In this document: positions 28,131 through 32,000 of the stretch, in pieces
Numbering within the stretch: the first letter of the stretch is position 1
How the letters are laid out: each line of letters begins with the position of its first letter
Origin: Acidothermus cellulolyticus 11B
GTDB lineage: Bacteria; Actinomycetota; Actinomycetes; Acidothermales; Acidothermaceae
Length of the DNA: 32,000 nucleotides
Assembly: GCF_000015025.1 (NCBI RefSeq)
Contig: NC_008578.1
Span: 1,680,001-1,712,000 of the forward strand
Direction: 5' to 3'
Notes under the pieces: generated by a model
What the model saw: only the letters and a program-made list of their open reading frames with translations
What the model was told of the DNA's origin: nothing
The model's database searches: none
Translations under genes and position numbers: made by a program

Positions 28131-29042
28131 TCAGCCGGGTGGCTCGAAAACGGCCACCGGGACGACCAGGCCGTCACGTTCCGTGACCAGCGCGACCAGC
28201 GCGCCCTCCGGATCGAGGACGGCAACCGGCTGCGGGCCGCCGCTCGTGAGCTCGACCGCGGGATCCCCGAGTGCCGCGGCGGGAATCCGCCGCCCGTGCC
28301 GCAGCGCGTCGGCTGCCGGTCCGGCCACCTCACGGACGACGAACACCCGGCGGGCCGCGTCCGCGAGGCTGACCATGGACGGCGGGCCGGCCGGGGCGTC
28401 GAGCGTCCGGGCTTCGTCGATGGTGAACGCGCCGACCCGGGTGCGCCGCAGCGCTGCGAGGTGGCCGCCGACGCCGAGGAGCTCGCCGAGATCCCGGGCG
28501 AGCGAGCGGATGTACGTTCCGGCCGAGCAGGCGATTGTGACATCCAGGTCGAGAAAACCGTCGGTTCGTTGCGAGCCGCGCAGCTCGATCCGATCGACCC
28601 GGACCCGCCGGGCCGGCAGGACGACGTCCTCACCGGCCCTGGCCCGCGCGTACGCCCGGCGGCCGGCCACCTTAACGGCGCTGAACGCCGGCGGCCGCTG
28701 GTCGAACTCGCCGACGAAACGGGTGAGCGCCTCGCGGACCGCCGTCTCCGAGAGCCGCTCGACGCCGGCACGACGCACCGGCTCGCCGTCCGCGTCATCC
28801 GTCGAGGTCGTCATCCCCAAACGGATGATTGCGGCGTACTCCTTGTCACATCCGGACAGGTACCCGAGCAGCCGAGTCGCCTTGCCGACGCCCACGATCA
28901 GCACACCGGTCGCCATCGGATCCAGGGTTCCGGCGTGCCCGACGCGCCGTTGCCCGGTGAGCCGCCGGACCCGGGCGACGACGTCGTGCGAAGTGATCCC
29001 GGCCGGTTTGTCGACGACAAGCAGCCCGTCAGTTGCCGGCAT
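28131..29042 (-). CDS. truB: tRNA pseudouridine(55) synthase
   Basis: The N-terminus reads GLLVVDKPAGITSHDVVARVRRL...VGHAGTLDPMATGVLIVGVGKATRL, which includes the catalytic Asp motif. Confidence 0.95.
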   Translation of the reverse strand: MPATDGLLVVDKPAGITSHDVVARVRRLTGQRRVGHAGTLDPMATGVLIVGVGKATRLLGYLSGCDKEYAAIIRLGMTTSTDDADGEPVRRAGVERLSETAVREALTRFVGEFDQRPPAFSAVKVAGRRAYARARAGEDVVLPARRVRVDRIELRGSQRTDGFLDLDVTIACSAGTYIRSLARDLGELLGVGGHLAALRRTRVGAFTIDEARTLDAPAGPPSMVSLADAARRVFVVREVAGPAADALRHGRRIPAAALGDPAVELTSGGPQPVAVLDPEGALVALVTERDGLVVPVAVFEPPG

Positions 29043-29494
29043 CAGGTGGCAGGCTCGTCGTCGTCGGCGGCGGCCGCCCCGTCGAATCGGTACGGGTCGG
29101 GTTCACCGGCCGGCTGAGCGGATTTCGCACGCTCAGCGACTTCGCGGTCCGCCGCCCGGGCCCGGGCCAACAGCTCCTCGATCTGCCGAGCCTGCCGCGG
29201 GACCGTGTCCGGCACGAAGGTTAACGTCGGCGTGAACCGCACCTGCGTCTGCCGGCCCACCTCGGCCCGCAAGACGCCCTTGGCGCTCTCCAGTGCCGCC
29301 GCGGTCTCCGCAAGCGCGGTGTCGTCACCGAGCACGGTGTAAAAGACCGTCGCTTCCCGGAGGTCCGGCGTGACGCGGGCGTCCGTGATGGTGACGAAGC
29401 CGAGCCGGGGATCCTTGACCCGGCGTTCCAGTGTCTCGGCCACGACCACCTTGATCCGGTCAGCGAGTTTGCGGGCCCGTGCACGATCGTTCAT
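29042..29494 (-). CDS. rbfA: Ribosome-binding factor A
   Basis: From ATG 29494: [56 protein letters not shown]..., with an acidic C-terminal tail. The start overlaps the DUF503 stop (ATGA) and the stop shares one base with the truB ATG. The 262-aa track ORF is an artefactual upstream extension. Confidence 0.9.
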   Translation of the reverse strand: MNDRARARKLADRIKVVVAETLERRVKDPRLGFVTITDARVTPDLREATVFYTVLGDDTALAETAAALESAKGVLRAEVGRQTQVRFTPTLTFVPDTVPRQARQIEELLARARAADREVAERAKSAQPAGEPDPYRFDGAAAADDDEPAT

Positions 29495-29790
29495 TCGTCG
29501 TCCTCTTCCCCGACAAGGCGCTGATGCGCCGAGAGCAGTTCGACGTCCGGCCGATCGGCCACCCACCGTTCGCAGGCCTCGAGGACATGCCGGCAGTGCG
29601 CGGCATCCGCCGCGATGACCGCGACGCCGATGAGTGACCGACGGTGCAGATCGAGGTGACCGACCTCGGCGACGGCGACCTCGAAACGGCGGCGCACCTC
29701 GGCGAGGATCGGCCGGACCACTCCCCGCTTCTCCTTGAGCGAATGGACATCGCCCAGCCGCAGATCGAGGGTGAGAATCCCGGTGAACAC
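29491..29790 (-). CDS. DUF503 (YlxP-like) protein of the nusA-infB-rbfA operon
   Basis: [60 protein letters not shown] is the typical DUF503 pattern. The start is GTG with GAGGAG upstream. Confidence 0.85.
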   Translation of the reverse strand: MFTGILTLDLRLGDVHSLKEKRGVVRPILAEVRRRFEVAVAEVGHLDLHRRSLIGVAVIAADAAHCRHVLEACERWVADRPDVELLSAHQRLVGEEDDE

Positions 29791-29855
29791 GAAGGCTCCT
29801 CGCTAGCGCACCAACTGCCGCCCGGACCACCGCGGCGTCCAGCGGGAACGCAGGC

Positions 29856-32000
29856 TCAGCTCCGCGGCTTCTCCCGCATCTCGTACGTCTCGATCACATC
29901 GCCGACCCGGATGTCGTTGAACGAGCCCAGACCGACACCGCATTCGAACCCTTCCCGCACTTCGGTGACGTCGTCCTTGAACCGCCGCAACGAGGCGATC
30001 GACACGTCGTTGGCGACGACGACGCCGTCGCGCACCACGCGGGCCTTGGCGCCGCGGGTAATCGTCCCGGAGCGGACCAGGCATCCAGCAATGTTGCCGA
30101 ATTTGCTCGACCGGAAGACTTCGCGAACCTCGGCGGTGCCGAGCTGCACCTCCTCGTACACCGGCTTGAGCAGGCCCTTGAGCGCGGCCTCCACGTCCTC
30201 GATCGCCTGGTAGATGACCGAGTAGTACCGGACGTCGACGCCCTCCCGCTCGGCGAGTTCGCGGGCTTTTCCTTCCGGGCGCACATTGAAGCCAATGATG
30301 ATCGCGTCTGATGCGACGGCGAGCATGACGTTGTTCTCGGTGATCGCGCCGACGCCGCGGTCGATCACCCGAATCCGCGCCTCGTCACCAACGTCGATTT
30401 TGAGGAGCGCATCCTCCAACGCTTCCACGGAACCGGAGACGTCACCTTTGAGAATGAGCCGCAACTCGGCGACTTCCCCTTTCTCCATCCGCTCGAGGAT
30501 GTCCTCGAGGGTGCGCCGACGGCGGCTGGCGGCAAGCTGGGCGTTGCGTTCCCGAGCGGCCCGTCGTTCCGCGATCTGCCGGGCGACACGATCTTCCGGT
30601 ACGACGAGGAAGGTGTCACCGGCGTCGGGCACGCTGGTGAACCCGAGGACCTGCACAGGACGGGACGGTCCGGCCTCCTCGACCGGCTGGCCGAATTCGT
30701 CGAGCATGGCCCGGACCCGGCCGAACGCTTCACCGGCGACGATCGAATCGCCGACCCGCAGCGTGCCGCGCTGCACCAACACCGTGGCGACCGGACCGCG
30801 ACCGCGGTCGAGGTGGGCTTCAATGGCGACCCCCTGGGCGGGCTGGTTCGGATTCGCCCGCAGGTCGAGGGCGGCGTCCGCGGTGAGGAGGATGGCTTCG
30901 AGCAGGTCGTCAATGCCCTGCCCGGTCAACGCGGACACGTCCACGAACATCGTGTCGCCGCCGTACTCCTCCGCCACCAGGCCGTACTCGGTGAGCTGGC
31001 CGCGGACTTTAACCGGGTCGGCACCCGGCTTGTCGATTTTGTTGACCGCAACGACGATGGGCACGTCGGCTGCCTTGGCGTGGTTCAGTGCTTCGACGGT
31101 CTGCGGCATGACGCCGTCATCCGCGGCGACGACCAGAACGGCAATGTCGGTCACCTGGGCACCCCGGGCACGCATCGCGGTGAATGCTTCGTGTCCCGGC
31201 GTGTCGATGAAGGTGATTTGCCGTGGGCCGTCGGCGGTCTGCGCGGTCACCTGGTATGCGCCGATGTGCTGAGTGATACCGCCGTGTTCGCGGGCCGCCA
31301 CGTTGGTGTTGCGAATCGCGTCAAGCAGTTTCGTCTTCCCGTGGTCGACGTGACCCATGACCGTGACCACCGGGGGTCTCGGCACAAGCGCGGCCTCATC
31401 GCCCTGGTCGGTGCCGAGTTCGATGTCGAAACTCTCCAGAAGCTCGCGGTCTTCATCCTCCGGGCTGACGATCTGTACCTCGTATCCGAGCTCCGCGCCC
31501 AGCAACTGAAGGGTTTCCTCGTTGACGGACTGGGTTGCGGTGACCATCTCGCCAAGGTGGAACGCCACTTGCACGAGCGACGCGGGATTCGCGCCGATTT
31601 TGTCGGCAAAATCGGCAAGCGAGGCGCCGCGGGGCAGGCGGACGACCTGGCCGTTGCCCCGTGGAATTTGGATACCGCCGATGACCGGCGCCTGCAGGTT
31701 GTCGAATTCTTGACGCCGCTGCTTCTTGGACTTGTGGGGCCGGCTCGGTTTCGCTCCCGGGCCGCGGCCGAATGCACCGCCCGGGGCACCGCGACCCCGG
31801 CCGCCGACACCCGGCCGGCCGGCGCTTGGCGGCGCCGGCGCCCGGCCCAGACCACCGGGAAGCCGGATGGGTGCGCCTCGACCGGGAGCGGCACGGCCAG
31901 CCGCCGGTCGAGGAGGCATGGCACCCGGAGTCGGCCGTCCGGGAGCGCCCGGCCGCAGCGGCGGGCGGGGAATGCCCGGCGTGCCCGGCGTCCCGGTAGG
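29856..32000 (-). CDS. infB: Translation initiation factor IF-2 (5' end beyond the right edge of the window)
   Basis: GTPase motifs are present: G1 [13 protein letters not shown]3 DTPGHEAF and G4 NKID. The C-terminal end reads ...[13 protein letters not shown]. The frame stays open upstream of the track ATG (31919) through base 32000 as Pro/Gly/Arg-rich sequence typical of actinobacterial IF-2 N-termini. Confidence 0.97.
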   Translation of the reverse strand, partial: PTGTPGTPGIPRPPLRPGAPGRPTPGAMPPRPAAGRAAPGRGAPIRLPGGLGRAPAPPSAGRPGVGGRGRGAPGGAFGRGPGAKPSRPHKSKKQRRQEFDNLQAPVIGGIQIPRGNGQVVRLPRGASLADFADKIGANPASLVQVAFHLGEMVTATQSVNEETLQLLGAELGYEVQIVSPEDEDRELLESFDIELGTDQGDEAALVPRPPVVTVMGHVDHGKTKLLDAIRNTNVAAREHGGITQHIGAYQVTAQTADGPRQITFIDTPGHEAFTAMRARGAQVTDIAVLVVAADDGVMPQTVEALNHAKAADVPIVVAVNKIDKPGADPVKVRGQLTEYGLVAEEYGGDTMFVDVSALTGQGIDDLLEAILLTADAALDLRANPNQPAQGVAIEAHLDRGRGPVATVLVQRGTLRVGDSIVAGEAFGRVRAMLDEFGQPVEEAGPSRPVQVLGFTSVPDAGDTFLVVPEDRVARQIAERRAARERNAQLAASRRRRTLEDILERMEKGEVAELRLILKGDVSGSVEALEDALLKIDVGDEARIRVIDRGVGAITENNVMLAVASDAIIIGFNVRPEGKARELAEREGVDVRYYSVIYQAIEDVEAALKGLLKPVYEEVQLGTAEVREVFRSSKFGNIAGCLVRSGTITRGAKARVVRDGVVVANDVSIASLRRFKDDVTEVREGFECGVGLGSFNDIRVGDVIETYEMREKPRS

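Noticed and set aside
29495-29830. An upstream extension of the rbfA ORF (262-aa track ORF). Analogous extensions occur for pnp (25724-25816), the SDR gene (26323-26400) and thyX (19497-19532).
   Set aside because: The extensions are Arg/Gly-rich. The rbfA extension overlaps the DUF503 gene in another frame, and the pnp and SDR extensions cover the SD sequences of the downstream true starts. Family N-termini match the shorter versions.

Overview
Very GC-rich chromosomal DNA, with third codon positions almost always G/C. The gene content and order match the conserved Actinomycetota core block known from Mycobacterium (Rv2737c to Rv2839c region) and Streptomyces. All calls come from my own translation plus recognised family motifs; no database search was run.

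On the minus strand, read right to left: infB (5' end outside the window), a DUF503 gene, rbfA, truB, ribF, rpsO, pnp, an M16 peptidase, dapB, a CrtI-like FAD oxidoreductase, thyX, dapA, rnj, ftsK, a RodZ-like HTH/DUF4115 gene, rimO, pgsA, cinA, a clgR-like gene, then a DUF3046 gene and recA (3' end outside the window). Many neighbours overlap by 1 or 4 nt, which indicates operons.

Three plus-strand units interrupt this block:
- A small NAD(P)-binding SDR-like gene lies between rpsO and ribF.
- An ECF sigma factor is translationally coupled to a single-pass membrane protein carrying an Asp-box (BNR-like) propeller domain.
- A roughly 1400 to 1540 codon Lhr helicase follows the sigma pair.

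I found no tRNA, rRNA, CRISPR array, transposase or integrase.

The most notable observations:
1. A C7G4 homopolymer at the 3' end of lhr puts the gene out of its canonical terminal frame. As written, it adds about 160 codons running antisense through clgR.
2. The 640-bp non-coding region between the DUF3046 gene and the sigma gene is rich in repeats, with two separate families of direct repeats.
3. The sigma / Asp-box membrane protein pair is uncharacterised and sits directly upstream of lhr, inside a neighbourhood of DNA-damage genes (recA with a canonical LexA box, DUF3046, lhr, clgR, cinA).
4. The rpsO-pnp spacer is structured and is a candidate Actino-pnp leader.

Most of the window is ordinary housekeeping DNA. 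I see no clear evidence of a novel multi-gene system beyond these points.
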